Shown here: positions 8,733 to 19,410 of the stretch, in pieces
Numbering within the stretch: position 1 is the first letter of the stretch
Layout: the number at the start of each line of letters is the position of its first letter
DNA from: a virus
Virus record (IMG/VR): IMGVR_UViG_3300032018_000001
Span: 32,001-96,000 of that record
Reading direction: 5' to 3' (one strand)
DNA length: 64,000 bases
Translations under genes and position numbers: made by a program
The notes under the pieces: model-generated
The model's input: only the letters and a program-made list of their open reading frames with translations
What the model was told of the DNA's origin: nothing
The model's database searches: none

Positions 8733-9746
8733 ATGTCAAATGCAAAGATGGTCAGTCTGAAAAGTACCCGCTTCGCGTCCCTGGAGCAGGCAGAAGAGTA
8801 TGTCAACCGGTTTTCTATTACGGATAAGGTTGTCGCGTGCCGGGACATGCAGTTCAAAAACGGCCTCATCCAAATCGGCAACCAGGAAATGCCTTTTACG
8901 GCGAATGGCTGGCGGGCGTTCCTCAGTGAAGTCGTGCCGGGTGCGAGTCGCTTCCTGAATTCGGAAGACTGCCCTCAGGATTTGGCGGAGCAGGTTGTGA
9001 ATCGCATGCTATCGGAAAAGTCCGACATGAAGCGCATGGTGCGAATCGAACAGGACAACGGCGCTCAGCCGTACCTCAAAGCATTCCTTTCGGAAGGATA
9101 CCGGCCGTACAATAACAAGCAGTTTGTGGCCGAAATAAAAAAGAACATCGCAGGCAAGGAAGACGAATTCAAGGTGCTGCGTCCCAGCGTGAGCGGCGGA
9201 ACATTCTCGGTGAACCTGCTGAATCACAAGCAGAAGATTACTCTGCAGGACGGTGAGAAAAACCGTAGCATCTTCCTGGGCGTGAATTACCGGAACGGCG
9301 AAGACGGAGGAGCCTCTGTGTCGCGCCTGCCTTTCAGCTTTGACCGCTTCTGCGAGAACGGTACTATCTTCGGCAGGAAATTCATTGAAGCTGTGGCGAA
9401 GCGTGTTGTCCACCGTGGCGCTGACATCGCGGACAGGGTGCTGGAAATTATCGGCAAGGCGGACAATTCCGCGCTGGACGTTCTCCGGAAATCGTATGTC
9501 AATTTGATGAATACCATGATGACTCAGCTTTATTTCAAGCATGTCGCGGAGCGGGCTATCTATCCCATGAAGGTCATGCCTCAGCGGGATTTCATTGAGG
9601 CAATCCCTTTTGACGGGAGCGAGAGTCGCTTTGGCTTCTTCAACCGGATTAACGAGTATGCTCATACGGGCAACCATGACGAAGAGAAACGCATGGAGTT
9701 TGAGCGGCTGGCCGGGATGGTTGTGGAGGAGAATCTGATTTCCTAA
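8733..9746 (+). CDS. DUF932-like protein
   Basis: 'AFLSEGYRPYNN', 'NGEDGGAS...DRFCENG' resemble the DUF932 R.xC.NG motif. Confidence 0.6.
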   Translation: MSNAKMVSLKSTRFASLEQAEEYVNRFSITDKVVACRDMQFKNGLIQIGNQEMPFTANGWRAFLSEVVPGASRFLNSEDCPQDLAEQVVNRMLSEKSDMKRMVRIEQDNGAQPYLKAFLSEGYRPYNNKQFVAEIKKNIAGKEDEFKVLRPSVSGGTFSVNLLNHKQKITLQDGEKNRSIFLGVNYRNGEDGGASVSRLPFSFDRFCENGTIFGRKFIEAVAKRVVHRGADIADRVLEIIGKADNSALDVLRKSYVNLMNTMMTQLYFKHVAERAIYPMKVMPQRDFIEAIPFDGSESRFGFFNRINEYAHTGNHDEEKRMEFERLAGMVVEENLIS

Positions 9747-9762
9747 TCCTAACTCCTGAAAC

Positions 9763-9790
9763 AAAGCCCCAGAGAAATCTGGGGCTTTTT
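9763..9790 (+). terminator. rho-independent terminator
   Basis: AAAGCCCCAGA/TCTGGGGCTTT followed by a T run. Confidence 0.85.
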
Positions 9791-9867
9791 CTTTTTGTCC
9801 GTATTAATATGACAGGAGCATTAGTCAGAAGCTAAGAGCGCCTGCTACAGAAGAAACAAGAAAGAAG

Positions 9868-10110
9868 ATGATTATCGCTTTAAAGAGAGTAATTCATACG
9901 CCAGCGTGGTGTGCTAAAATAAGTGCCGCATTAAAAGGTAAGAAGAAATCCCCAGAGCATGCAGCAAAGTGTAGAACATTTAATTTAGGAAAGCATCACA
10001 CGGAGGCCACAAAGAGACACTTATCAAGAGTTATGATGGGAAGATTCGTTAGTTCAGAAACGAAAGAAAAGCAGCGGTATGCTGCTCTTAAAAGAAAGCG
10101 TTGTGCTTAA
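9868..10110 (+). CDS. NUMOD3 repeat protein (homing endonuclease remnant)
   Basis: 'HTPAWCAKISAALKGKKKSPEH', 'GKHHTEATKRHLS', 'SSETKEKQR'; no nuclease domain. Confidence 0.65.
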   Translation: MIIALKRVIHTPAWCAKISAALKGKKKSPEHAAKCRTFNLGKHHTEATKRHLSRVMMGRFVSSETKEKQRYAALKRKRCA

Positions 10111-10132
10111 TAATATTTATGGGAGGATTACT

Positions 10133-11455
10133 GTGAAAAAATTGGCAATACTTACTGATTTCGTTGGTTACTTGGAATCCTACTCAATCGCGCAGATTGT
10201 TAGGCAGCAGATGCGGATGCTGAAGCAGAACGGTTACAAGTTCAGATTCATTCAGCGGACAACTGACATTGCAGAATGGGAAAAATATACCGATGATATT
10301 TGTGTCATTCCCGATTACATCTGCGGCAACCGCGGAGAAACAGAGGACATTCTTAAGCGCACTGGAAAAAGCTGGGCGGAGCTGGTAAAAGAAACCTATG
10401 ATGCCCTGGAGCTTCACCTGAAGGATATGGACATTGTGATTACGCATGACCTTATTTATCAGTCCTGCGATAATATTCAGGATGAGGCGGCAGCGCTTTA
10501 TGCAAAAAATCATCCTAATGTTTTATGGTTGCATTGGGTACACTCTGCTTCTAACCCGGCCGGGCTTAACAAGCAGGTAGGAAAAAACGTGTATGCAAAT
10601 TCTTTTGTCATATACCCTAACCAACGTGATATTTTCAAGGTTGTTGCTAATCTTAAAGTTCCGCCTGAGAAGGTCAAGGTTGTTCCGCATGCTATGGATT
10701 ACGTTGACTTCTTCGACATGCATCCTATCACGGAAAAAATAATAGAGTCCACCGGAATCATGGAAGCAGATGTAGTATGCTGCTATCCGCTGCGCCTGGA
10801 CAGAGGAAAGCAACCCGAATTCTGCATCAAGATTATGAATCAGATACGTGACCATTTCAAACGCAAGATTCAGTTGGTCTTTGTTGACTTCCAATCCACA
10901 GGCGGCGATAAGGTAAACTACCGGGAAGAGCTTATAGCAATGGCTGCTTCCTATGGCTGGCAGGATGATGAGCTCATTTTCATGTCCCAGTTTCATCCGG
11001 ACTGTTTCATGCAGACTCCCAAAAAAGTTATTCGGGATTTGTTCCTGTTGTCAAATGTTTACATTCACCCCAGCAAAAGCGAAACGTACTCATTGACAAC
11101 GCAGGAAGCGCGGGCCTGCAAAAACATGCTAGTGTTGAATTTCGATTTCCCGGCAATGAGGGCTATGTACGGGGAAGACCCTATTTACCGTAAGTTCAGC
11201 TCCAATACTTGCATTGTGGAGGATAACCCTAACCCGAATACAGCAACACAGACCGGTTACGTTCGGGGTGTTGATAATTACTGCATGGAGATAGCCGGGA
11301 GAATTTTATATTATCTTGATAAGCAGGCTGTGGTTAAGATGTCTGATGAAACAAGAAAAAATAAAAACCTGCAAACGGTTTTTAAGCGTCATATAGAACC
11401 TTTACTTTTTGGTGCCAAAGATGATAATCAGCAAGCCCCCCAGCAAGGCGTATGA
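10133..11455 (+). CDS. GT-B fold glycosyltransferase (GT4-like)
   Basis: 'RLDRGKQPE', 'NVYIHPSKSETYSLTTQEA'; GTG start after GGAGG. Confidence 0.8.
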   Translation: MKKLAILTDFVGYLESYSIAQIVRQQMRMLKQNGYKFRFIQRTTDIAEWEKYTDDICVIPDYICGNRGETEDILKRTGKSWAELVKETYDALELHLKDMDIVITHDLIYQSCDNIQDEAAALYAKNHPNVLWLHWVHSASNPAGLNKQVGKNVYANSFVIYPNQRDIFKVVANLKVPPEKVKVVPHAMDYVDFFDMHPITEKIIESTGIMEADVVCCYPLRLDRGKQPEFCIKIMNQIRDHFKRKIQLVFVDFQSTGGDKVNYREELIAMAASYGWQDDELIFMSQFHPDCFMQTPKKVIRDLFLLSNVYIHPSKSETYSLTTQEARACKNMLVLNFDFPAMRAMYGEDPIYRKFSSNTCIVEDNPNPNTATQTGYVRGVDNYCMEIAGRILYYLDKQAVVKMSDETRKNKNLQTVFKRHIEPLLFGAKDDNQQAPQQGV

Positions 11456-11709
11456 TGAATTCTGTGCGCGAGCTTTTGGTAAACCTGTGGAGCAAACAAA
11501 GCCAGAAGAAAAACCGGCTGCTCCTGAAGAGGAAAACCGTGACCTTCTCAGCGCTCGCATGCGTATTGCACGGGGTGAGCTCAGGCCCCCAGGACGATAA
11601 TGAGTTCAGGAATTGACTTTGGGTTTTTTATAGATAGGATGTCGGTAGCCGCGGAAGAGGCAAAAGTTCTTAGTGAACAATCACAAGGATTACTACTGAC
11701 TGCGCTTTG

Positions 11710-12181
11710 TTGTAAGCAATAACATTTTGCCGCAAGGCAAAGAAACGCATGTTTCACATTCGGAGGAAAAGATGAAAGCAAAAAGTCAGAAGAAATCGCC
11801 CCTATCTTGCAAGCTCCGTGGCGATAAAGTTGTAATCGAAATTGGAATTGATACGCTTGCCTTTGCTTTTGAAGAAAGCGAATACAATAATCCTTTTGAT
11901 GTTACCCAAAACAAACACGTTCGCACAGACACCATCGCTTTCAAAAAAGAGTTTGCCAGGGATGTCGTAAACGAAATCAACGATGAAGAGGAAGACGGCT
12001 CAACTTTGCTTACTGGGCTATTTGACAAGGCAACAGAAAGAGCCGTTGAAAACGGAAGTCTTGGAATCAGAGAAATTTAAGAGCGCAAAATGTTAAAGCA
12101 CACAACAATCGTATGGGGTTTCGTAGCCAAGGCTACTCAAGGCAAATTGCCTGCTGGCAACAACTTCCCCATACTTTCCCG
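11710..12181 (+). mobile_element. solo integron-type gene cassette (gene 11772-12080 plus attC-like site 12100-12187) inserted into a small phage ORF
   Basis: left G|TTGTAA; right R'' ACACAAC, arms GTATGGGG/CCCCATAC, CAAAT..ACTT motif, G|TT; removal rejoins ORF 11600-12230. Confidence 0.7.
11772..12080 (+). CDS. hypothetical cassette protein
   Basis: GGAGG RBS; 'EEEDGSTLLTGLFDKA'. Confidence 0.65.
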   Translation: MKAKSQKKSPLSCKLRGDKVVIEIGIDTLAFAFEESEYNNPFDVTQNKHVRTDTIAFKKEFARDVVNEINDEEEDGSTLLTGLFDKATERAVENGSLGIREI

Positions 12182-12544
12182 TTCTATGGAGCGAACAGAG
12201 GCTGTCAGGGAAAAATACTGTCTTCATTAAAGGAGTGTGTATGGCAAGCATGGCGGATATTCAGTCTGATTGTCACGGTGCTTCTGTGATGTCCATAGCA
12301 GGTAAGAGCTCCTGTTACTACAGGTGCATTAATTGCGGAAAAGAATGTACGGTACGGGCAGCAGCTCCTCAGGTAAAGACTCCCGCAGATGCTGTGATTG
12401 ATGAATTCTGTTTGAAGATTGAAAAGGAAATGGAATCTCCTGCCCAGGAGCTGCGGGAAGCAGAGAGGCTTAAGTTTGTGACGGACAGCCTAGAAGAGGG
12501 AAAGTTTATCGAGCGAAAACCTTTTGTAGCAGTGGAGGCTTAGC

Positions 12545-13027
12545 ATGCAAAAAGAAGAAGTCCTTTCATTTCCTGCTTACGGAAAAAATGTAGACCTTCA
12601 CGCTTACTACTACTATTCCAGAAAAAGTGCTGCACAAAAAGCCGAGGTTTGCAATGGTGCCGGGCCGCGCCGTTTCGGTTGGCTGATACCGGATACCTTC
12701 TGCGGCCTTTGCATTACAGAGCCCGCCAATATCCATGATTGGAATTACCAGTTCGGAGAGACCATTGAGGATTTCCATGAAGCAAACAGAAATTTCAAAT
12801 GGAATATGCTACGCATGGCAGAGGCTCTGCGAGAAAAAGAAGCAGCAGCTAATCCTGGATGGCTACGGCGCAAGTGGAATGAATACATGCATACCCGGCG
12901 CTGTGAAATCATTGAGGATGAATATTACAAAGCCGTGGAAGCTTTCGGAGGGGCTATCTTCTTCAAGAAAGACCCTATCAGTTTTACGTGGCAATCTCTT
13001 GCTCCCGTGGGAGGTGCTATTGTATAA
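12545..13027 (+). CDS. DUF1353-like phage protein
   Basis: 'CNGAGP...IPDT..GL.I.EPANIHDW.Y...AVEAFGG'. Confidence 0.55.
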   Translation: MQKEEVLSFPAYGKNVDLHAYYYYSRKSAAQKAEVCNGAGPRRFGWLIPDTFCGLCITEPANIHDWNYQFGETIEDFHEANRNFKWNMLRMAEALREKEAAANPGWLRRKWNEYMHTRRCEIIEDEYYKAVEAFGGAIFFKKDPISFTWQSLAPVGGAIV

Positions 13028-13130
13028 CGCCTACTGTATTGCCATTATTATAGTCTCCGCTGCTGTAGCAATCATTTCCCTTAGGGAAAAGCGCGAAGAC
13101 TTTTAACCGATAAATTTACACTATACAACT

Positions 13131-13162
13131 AAGACCCCATCCTCTAAGAGGGTGGGGTTTTT
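13131..13162 (+). terminator. rho-independent terminator
   Basis: ACCCCATCCTCT/AGAGGGTGGGGT followed by a T run. Confidence 0.8.
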
Positions 13163-13234
13163 GGCGTTATATCTAATTTTTATATTATCTATGCAAGAAG
13201 ATACTACACAACAAACCGCTGCACTTGAGGCGAT

Positions 13235-13639
13235 ATGTCTGAAACTGACAACAAATTCATTGACCGGCTTATTGATTTGGTTAAGGAAGTCACAGAATCA
13301 AATGTAGCGCAAACACAAAGTATTGAGGCACTTGAGACAAAAGTTACGGAAGACATAAGTAATGCAGAAGGAAATATCCTTGAGGCTACAGGCTCACTGT
13401 CTGATAGGATAACCGCGCTGGAAGAAAAGAATACCTGCTTTTATGGCTCAGAAGAATTCAAACCTGTTAGAGAAAACATCAAAAAACTTTTTACTGAAGA
13501 AGCGTATGACATACTTACGCTGGTGAAGAATGTAAAAAAGTTTGTTAGCTTCGTGTCAATACTATTTATCATTCTATCGGCTATTCTGGTGGTAGCAGGT
13601 GCATTTTCCTTATTGCGCGTTCTTTTTAAAGGAGCATAG
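13235..13639 (+). CDS. coiled-coil protein with C-terminal TM helix (holin/XhlA-like)
   Basis: hydrophobic C-terminus 'FVSFVSILFIILSAILVVAGAF'. Confidence 0.45.
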   Translation: MSETDNKFIDRLIDLVKEVTESNVAQTQSIEALETKVTEDISNAEGNILEATGSLSDRITALEEKNTCFYGSEEFKPVRENIKKLFTEEAYDILTLVKNVKKFVSFVSILFIILSAILVVAGAFSLLRVLFKGA

Positions 13640-13837
13640 TATGTCACCTACAGAAAAGAAGTTCAGTGAGAGTGTTGCACACGGCATTCAGGCCATAAAA
13701 AATAATACAGAGCGCATGCAGCGGATGCGTGTGACTCTGGAGGACAGAAGGGCCAGCCTCTTTTCTTCCAATGTTGAAAAATTCAGCAGGATAACACAGC
13801 GCACATTCATGGAAGCAAAAACCTGTCTGGATAAACT

Positions 13838-14197
13838 ATGAGTTTTGTAAAGATAGAAGACAGTTGCGCTATTCTTAGATTTTCCAATACCAGCACACCT
13901 GAGCACCGTGATGTTCTCATGGATGTAAGTGCTCTAATGCAGTTTGGTTTTAAGTGTTTCATTTTCGACTTTTCAGGAGTCAAAAATTTTAGTTCCAGTG
14001 TTTTAGGTTTTGCTCTTGGCTTGATTCGCGTTGTAAAAGGAAACGGCTGTAAGATGTATGTCAGAAATCTCAGCGAAGAGGCCCGGACAATGCTTCAATT
14101 CTCTGTCAAGGTAGAATGCTGCAATGATGAATTGCACGAGCTGCTATCCTTGGAAAATATTCAGAGCATTGAATTAGGAGGAAGCGATGGCCATTGA
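13838..14197 (+). CDS. STAS-domain (anti-anti-sigma-like) protein
   Basis: 'FIFDFSGVKNFSSSVLGFALGLIR....GCKMYVRNLSEE' is the STAS D.S.V...SS.LG motif. Confidence 0.7.
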   Translation: MSFVKIEDSCAILRFSNTSTPEHRDVLMDVSALMQFGFKCFIFDFSGVKNFSSSVLGFALGLIRVVKGNGCKMYVRNLSEEARTMLQFSVKVECCNDELHELLSLENIQSIELGGSDGH

Positions 14198-17100
14198 TAC
14201 TGCCAGAGTATTAAGTGTATTGCAGGCACTGCTTGCAGATAACATGCAGAAGAAAATAAAGGCCCAGCAGGTCAGAGATTTTCTTGTTTCTGTTTACGGT
14301 CGCTGGGCATCAAAAACTATCATCTCTGCTGATAGTCCATATTCCATCACCAAAGATGATGTGGCGCTTTACATTGATGCTACTGTGGATAATACCACAG
14401 CTCTGCTACCGAATGATTTTGTTCAAAATGACAACGACATAATTATTTACATCGAGAGAACTGACCTCAGCATTAAAAATGTCACTGTTGCTTGTCAAGC
14501 GGGATATACCATAGCGCAAAACGGTACAAGCATTAAGTTAGATAGACAGGGTGCTCATGTTCTCCTGCACAAACTGGGAACGGTTTACCATATTGTCGTT
14601 GATGGCCGGGTAGGTTTTTCTGTAACAAATCCCGTTCAGAATGACGTGCTTGCTTACGATAGCATTAGCAAGCAGTTTATCAATGTTCCTAATCCTGGCG
14701 GCGGGACGCAGGGACAACAGGGTGTTACCGGAATTCAAGGCCAGACCGGTGTGCAGGGAAAAACAGGCCCACAAGGTCAGCAGGGGCATACCGGCCTGGG
14801 CGCTCCTGGTATTCAAGGTCAGACCGGCATGCAAGGTACTACAGGTGCCCGTGGAATCCAAGGTAATACAGGCCTGCAGGGCTTAACCGGAGTGGTCGGC
14901 GTTCAAGGACAGACCGGCCTCCAAGGCATGACAGGAGCAGAAGGCGAAGATGGTGTCACCGGCGTTCAGGGCGTAACAGGCCCTGTAGGTCAGACCGGAG
15001 TGCAAGGAAATACTGGAGTCCAAGGTATGCAAGGACATACCGGCATGCAAGGACTTGGCATACAAGGTCAGACCGGCTTACAAGGGCATACTGGCATTCA
15101 GGGTATCAAAGGTAATACGGGCGCACAAGGCGTTCGTGGCGATACAGGTGTCCAGGGTAAGCAGGGTACTACTGGCATAGGTGTTCAAGGCAATACGGGT
15201 GTTCAAGGCCGCACAGGCGTTCAAGGAAATACCGGAATAGGTATTCAAGGTGAGACAGGCGTACAAGGTCAAACTGGGCCTTTTGGCGGGCCTCCTGGTG
15301 AGACTGGTGTGCAAGGTACGACAGGCGTGGCCGGTGCTCGCGGTATAACCGGAATACAAGGCCTTCAAGGAACAGAAGGTGCTACAGGCCCTCAAGGAAA
15401 TCGCGGTGTGACCGGCGTTCAAGGCCAGACCGGTGTGCAAGGTGTACAGGGACAAACTGGTATTCAGGGTCATACTGGTGCACAGGGTAGAACAGGAGTC
15501 CAAGGCGATACCGGTGTGGCAGGAGAAACCGGCATACAGGGTATTGAAGGGCACGAAGGGGTGCAAGGAAATACCGGTGTGCAGGGAATTCAAGGCAACA
15601 CTGGAGTTCAAGGCAACACAGGAGTCCAAGGCGATACCGGCGCTCAAGGGGGCACAGGTTTACGTGGTAATACCGGCGTACAAGGTAATACTGGCATCCA
15701 GGGTGCTACCGGCGTACAAGGTAATACTGGCATCCAAGGAGTTCAAGGCCAAACCGGTGTACAAGGTAGCATTGGTGTGCAGGGTAGTACTGGTGTGCAG
15801 GGATTTCAAGGAAACACAGGTTTACAGGGTAATACTGGTGTTCAAGGAATCCAAGGTAATACTGGCCAAGGTTTACAAGGTAATACTGGCGTGCAAGGTT
15901 TACAGGGTAATACTGGCGTGCAAGGAATCCAAGGTAATACTGGCGTGCAAGGTTTACAGGGTAATACGGGCGTGCAAGGCAACACCGGAGTTCAAGGAAA
16001 CACTGGTGTCCAGGGTGCTACCGGAGTTCAAGGTCAAACTGGTGTCCAGGGTCAGACTGGTTTACGCGGTAATACAGGTGTTCAAGGAAATACTGGTTTA
16101 CAGGGAATCCAAGGCAACACCGGCGTACAAGGTACTCAGGGTAATACTGGCATCCAAGGTAATACCGGCGTAGCAGGAAGTACGGGCGTACAGGGCGTTC
16201 AGGGTGTTACAGGCCTTCAGGGTTTTGGTGGCGGCGCTACATTATTTTTTGATGACGCAGCCTCTGACATCGGTGGCTATTTTTCATTATTGACAGACCC
16301 TAACACAATAGCCGAAGTTCAAGATGATATTTTTGTTAATTCAGGAACTGGAGAGGTTTTTGGAGAATCGTACGCAACAGCTGCAGGTTTTCCTGGACGC
16401 ACGGTTATTCCTGGAGGTGACTGGGAGTTTGACATTTGGCGTTTTGTTAGCAGTGCTACTGGAGTTACAATACTTAACATTAATGTTTACAAGAGGGCTA
16501 CAGGCGGGGCTGAAACACTTCTTTTTGTTGCTACTACCGGTAAAATAAATGACACTACTAACACAATGCAGAACATTACAGTTACGCAACCTGATTTTGT
16601 TGTTTTAGCTACTGACAGAATAGTAATAAAAATATCTGCTACTTCTACTTCTGGTGCTACAAGAACAGCAAGCCTTACTCATAACGGTACTTTACATTAT
16701 TCACATGTGCATACAACTCTTGCTGTTGTGGGCTCGCAGGGTATTACGGGTATTCAAGGTCAAACTGGTGTCCAGGGTCAGACTGGTTTACGCGGTAATA
16801 CAGGTGTTCAAGGTATACAAGGCAACACGGGCGCAGGCATACAAGGCAGCACTGGCGTGCAAGGTATCCAGGGCCAAACTGGCATGCAAGGAAACACTGG
16901 AGTTCAAGGTAATACCGGAGTACAAGGCAGCACAGGTTTACAAGGTAATACCGGCACTCAAGGAATTCAAGGTAACACTGGTGTGCAAGGAATTCAAGGT
17001 AACACTGGTGTGCAAGGTATCCAAGGTAACACAGGTTTACAGGGCAATACTGGTGTGCAAGGTATCCAAGGCAATACTGGTGTGCAAGGAATTCAAGGTA

Positions 17101-18254
17101 ACACTGGAGTCCAAGGTCAAACTGGTGTTCAAGGCAACACAGGTTTACAGGGCAACACTGGAGTTCAGGGTAATACCGGAGTACAGGGCAATACAGGTTT
17201 ACAAGGTAATACTGGCGTACAAGGTAGCACCGGCGTGCAGGGTAGCACAGGTGTTCAGGGAAATACAGGTGTGCAGGGTATCCAGGGCAACACTGGTGTG
17301 CAGGGTATCCAGGGGAATACCGGTGTACAAGGAAGCCAAGGTAATACCGGCGTGCAGGGAATCCAAGGTCAGACTGGAACAGGAATACAAGGCCAAACCG
17401 GCGTGCAAGGAAGTCAAGGCAACACAGGTTTACAAGGTAATACCGGTACTCAAGGAATTCAGGGTATTACCGGAGGGACTATAGGTACACAAGGAAATAC
17501 TGGCGTTCAAGGAATCCAAGGAAATACTGGCGTTCAAGGAATCCAAGGAAATACCGGCGTGCAGGGAATTCAGGGTATTACTGGATTGTGGGGAAGAACA
17601 GGCGTGCAGGGAATTCAGGGTATTACTGGATTGTGGGGAAGAACAGGCGTGCAGGGAATTCAGGGTATTACCGGCGTGCAGGGCATTCAAGGCAATACAG
17701 GCGCAGGCATACAAGGCAGTACGGGTGTGCAGGGAATCCAAGGCATTACGGGAATCCAGGGTCAGACCGGTATACAAGGCATTACGGGTTTACGCGGCAA
17801 CACTGGCGTACAAGGCAATACTGGTGTACAAGGAGTTACTGGTTCCGCTGGAAATATAACACCAGCTGTGGGCTCTAATCTGTCCGGGTCAGGAACACAG
17901 TTTCCAGCAACAGCCGGTGAAACCTTTGCGGCCGGTGAACTGTCTTATTTTAAAAATGACGGAAATTACTACAAGGCTAAAGCGGATGTTATTTCCACCA
18001 TGCCGGTAGTATCTATTGCCGCGGCAGCAATAAATGCTTCAGCATCAGGCAACATGCAAGCTGTAGGATTTTATAGAAATGATGCGTGGAGCTGGACGGT
18101 GGCTGGTTTACTTTATGCTTCTGATACTACCGCAGGAGCAATAACACAAACTGCCCCCTCAGGCTCAGGAAATATTGTGCAGATAGTAGGCTATGCTTAT
18201 TCTGCTACTGTAATTTATTTTAATCCTGACCCTACATACATCACTCTTGTGTAG
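14187..18254 (+). CDS. collagen-like (Gly-X-Y) fibre protein, 1355 aa
   Basis: two long GVQGNT/GIQGQT tracts separated by a beta-rich domain; globular termini. Confidence 0.9.
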   Translation: MAIDTARVLSVLQALLADNMQKKIKAQQVRDFLVSVYGRWASKTIISADSPYSITKDDVALYIDATVDNTTALLPNDFVQNDNDIIIYIERTDLSIKNVTVACQAGYTIAQNGTSIKLDRQGAHVLLHKLGTVYHIVVDGRVGFSVTNPVQNDVLAYDSISKQFINVPNPGGGTQGQQGVTGIQGQTGVQGKTGPQGQQGHTGLGAPGIQGQTGMQGTTGARGIQGNTGLQGLTGVVGVQGQTGLQGMTGAEGEDGVTGVQGVTGPVGQTGVQGNTGVQGMQGHTGMQGLGIQGQTGLQGHTGIQGIKGNTGAQGVRGDTGVQGKQGTTGIGVQGNTGVQGRTGVQGNTGIGIQGETGVQGQTGPFGGPPGETGVQGTTGVAGARGITGIQGLQGTEGATGPQGNRGVTGVQGQTGVQGVQGQTGIQGHTGAQGRTGVQGDTGVAGETGIQGIEGHEGVQGNTGVQGIQGNTGVQGNTGVQGDTGAQGGTGLRGNTGVQGNTGIQGATGVQGNTGIQGVQGQTGVQGSIGVQGSTGVQGFQGNTGLQGNTGVQGIQGNTGQGLQGNTGVQGLQGNTGVQGIQGNTGVQGLQGNTGVQGNTGVQGNTGVQGATGVQGQTGVQGQTGLRGNTGVQGNTGLQGIQGNTGVQGTQGNTGIQGNTGVAGSTGVQGVQGVTGLQGFGGGATLFFDDAASDIGGYFSLLTDPNTIAEVQDDIFVNSGTGEVFGESYATAAGFPGRTVIPGGDWEFDIWRFVSSATGVTILNINVYKRATGGAETLLFVATTGKINDTTNTMQNITVTQPDFVVLATDRIVIKISATSTSGATRTASLTHNGTLHYSHVHTTLAVVGSQGITGIQGQTGVQGQTGLRGNTGVQGIQGNTGAGIQGSTGVQGIQGQTGMQGNTGVQGNTGVQGSTGLQGNTGTQGIQGNTGVQGIQGNTGVQGIQGNTGLQGNTGVQGIQGNTGVQGIQGNTGVQGQTGVQGNTGLQGNTGVQGNTGVQGNTGLQGNTGVQGSTGVQGSTGVQGNTGVQGIQGNTGVQGIQGNTGVQGSQGNTGVQGIQGQTGTGIQGQTGVQGSQGNTGLQGNTGTQGIQGITGGTIGTQGNTGVQGIQGNTGVQGIQGNTGVQGIQGITGLWGRTGVQGIQGITGLWGRTGVQGIQGITGVQGIQGNTGAGIQGSTGVQGIQGITGIQGQTGIQGITGLRGNTGVQGNTGVQGVTGSAGNITPAVGSNLSGSGTQFPATAGETFAAGELSYFKNDGNYYKAKADVISTMPVVSIAAAAINASASGNMQAVGFYRNDAWSWTVAGLLYASDTTAGAITQTAPSGSGNIVQIVGYAYSATVIYFNPDPTYITLV

Positions 18255-18557
18255 AGGTATTGAATGTCTTGCGAAGAAGTAAATGGAGCATTTGACCCGT
18301 TAGAGTTCAATGATGACTTTGACATTGGTGGATTTGTCGGCGAAGTCATCAGGATACTACGGCTAACAGGAGTAGCAACCGGAGCTTTAGTTTTTGCAGC
18401 ACAGGCTATAAAAAATGTTTTTATTCCGGGAACAGTGGTATTTGTTCAGGACATTGACGGAGAGGCTGAGAGAACAGAAAACATTACCGGCTCCATTTTG
18501 GATGTCGAAGATGTCAAACGATATGACAGGGACGATATTTGCCCTTAGGAGGTTCAC

Positions 18558-18896
18558 ATGCTTTGCTCGATACCGGTAGTAGGTGAAATTGTTGTGTATC
18601 AAGGTGATGCTCTGGATGTTCAATTCACTGTCACATGGGAAAATGGAAGTCCGGTAGACCTTACAAATTTTGAAGCACGTTTTCGCGTGCTTGATACTTC
18701 GTTGCTGAAAGACTCTGTGAACATTGGTGACATCACCAAAGTTTTGCCTCTCACACAGGGAATTTTAATAGTGCATCTTCTGACCCCTGACACTATCGGC
18801 CTTACCAAAGGTTACGAGTATGTGTATAAGGCTGAGCTGTACGACATTCAGGGCAATGTTTACACGTTCAAAGAAACTGCGTTTAAAGTTTTGTGA
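18558..18896 (+). CDS. BppU-N-like virion structural protein
   Basis: 'VYQGDA..VQFTV...PVDLT...QGILIVHL...DT...Y.Y..EL'. Confidence 0.55.
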   Translation: MLCSIPVVGEIVVYQGDALDVQFTVTWENGSPVDLTNFEARFRVLDTSLLKDSVNIGDITKVLPLTQGILIVHLLTPDTIGLTKGYEYVYKAELYDIQGNVYTFKETAFKVL

Positions 18897-19410
18897 GCTG
18901 TCCGTATTAATGTATTGGAGGGTGAAATGAAATGTCCTACTATCGAAATAGTAATCTTGGCGGCTGCGGCAAAACACTTTGTCAATAAGAAGGGAAAGAA
19001 GACGCAGGAAGACCTTTGGCTTTCCAAGTGCGCCATGTCTGCTGCCGTAATGCTTTGGATTAAGACTCGCAGAAAGGCCAAACATGGGTAACAAACTTCC
19101 GTTAGCATTTGAATTTTTCTTCAAACTGTTCTTTGATTTCATTCTTAGATTTTTTCAATTCTGTGTTATTGACGCTGTGGCTGTAGTACCGGTAAACTAC
19201 TACTTAAAGTACGGATACCGTAGCTGCTTTCTCCATGCGCTAGGAGCGCAGGTTGTCATTTATTTTGGTATAACGTACATCAGTCTTCTTAAGGTTATGT
19301 GGAATAATCGCGGATAGCCCTTTCTGTTTCCCTTTTCCCTGCCCTGCCCCTCCCCCTTTGGGAGGGGTTTTTGTTTGTGGTCGTATTAATATGGATATAA
19401 GGAGATACTA

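Noticed and set aside
14700-17845. Dense DNA repeats as a CRISPR array or satellite
   Set aside because: The 9/18-nt periodicity with synonymous variation is fully explained by Gly-X-Y coding
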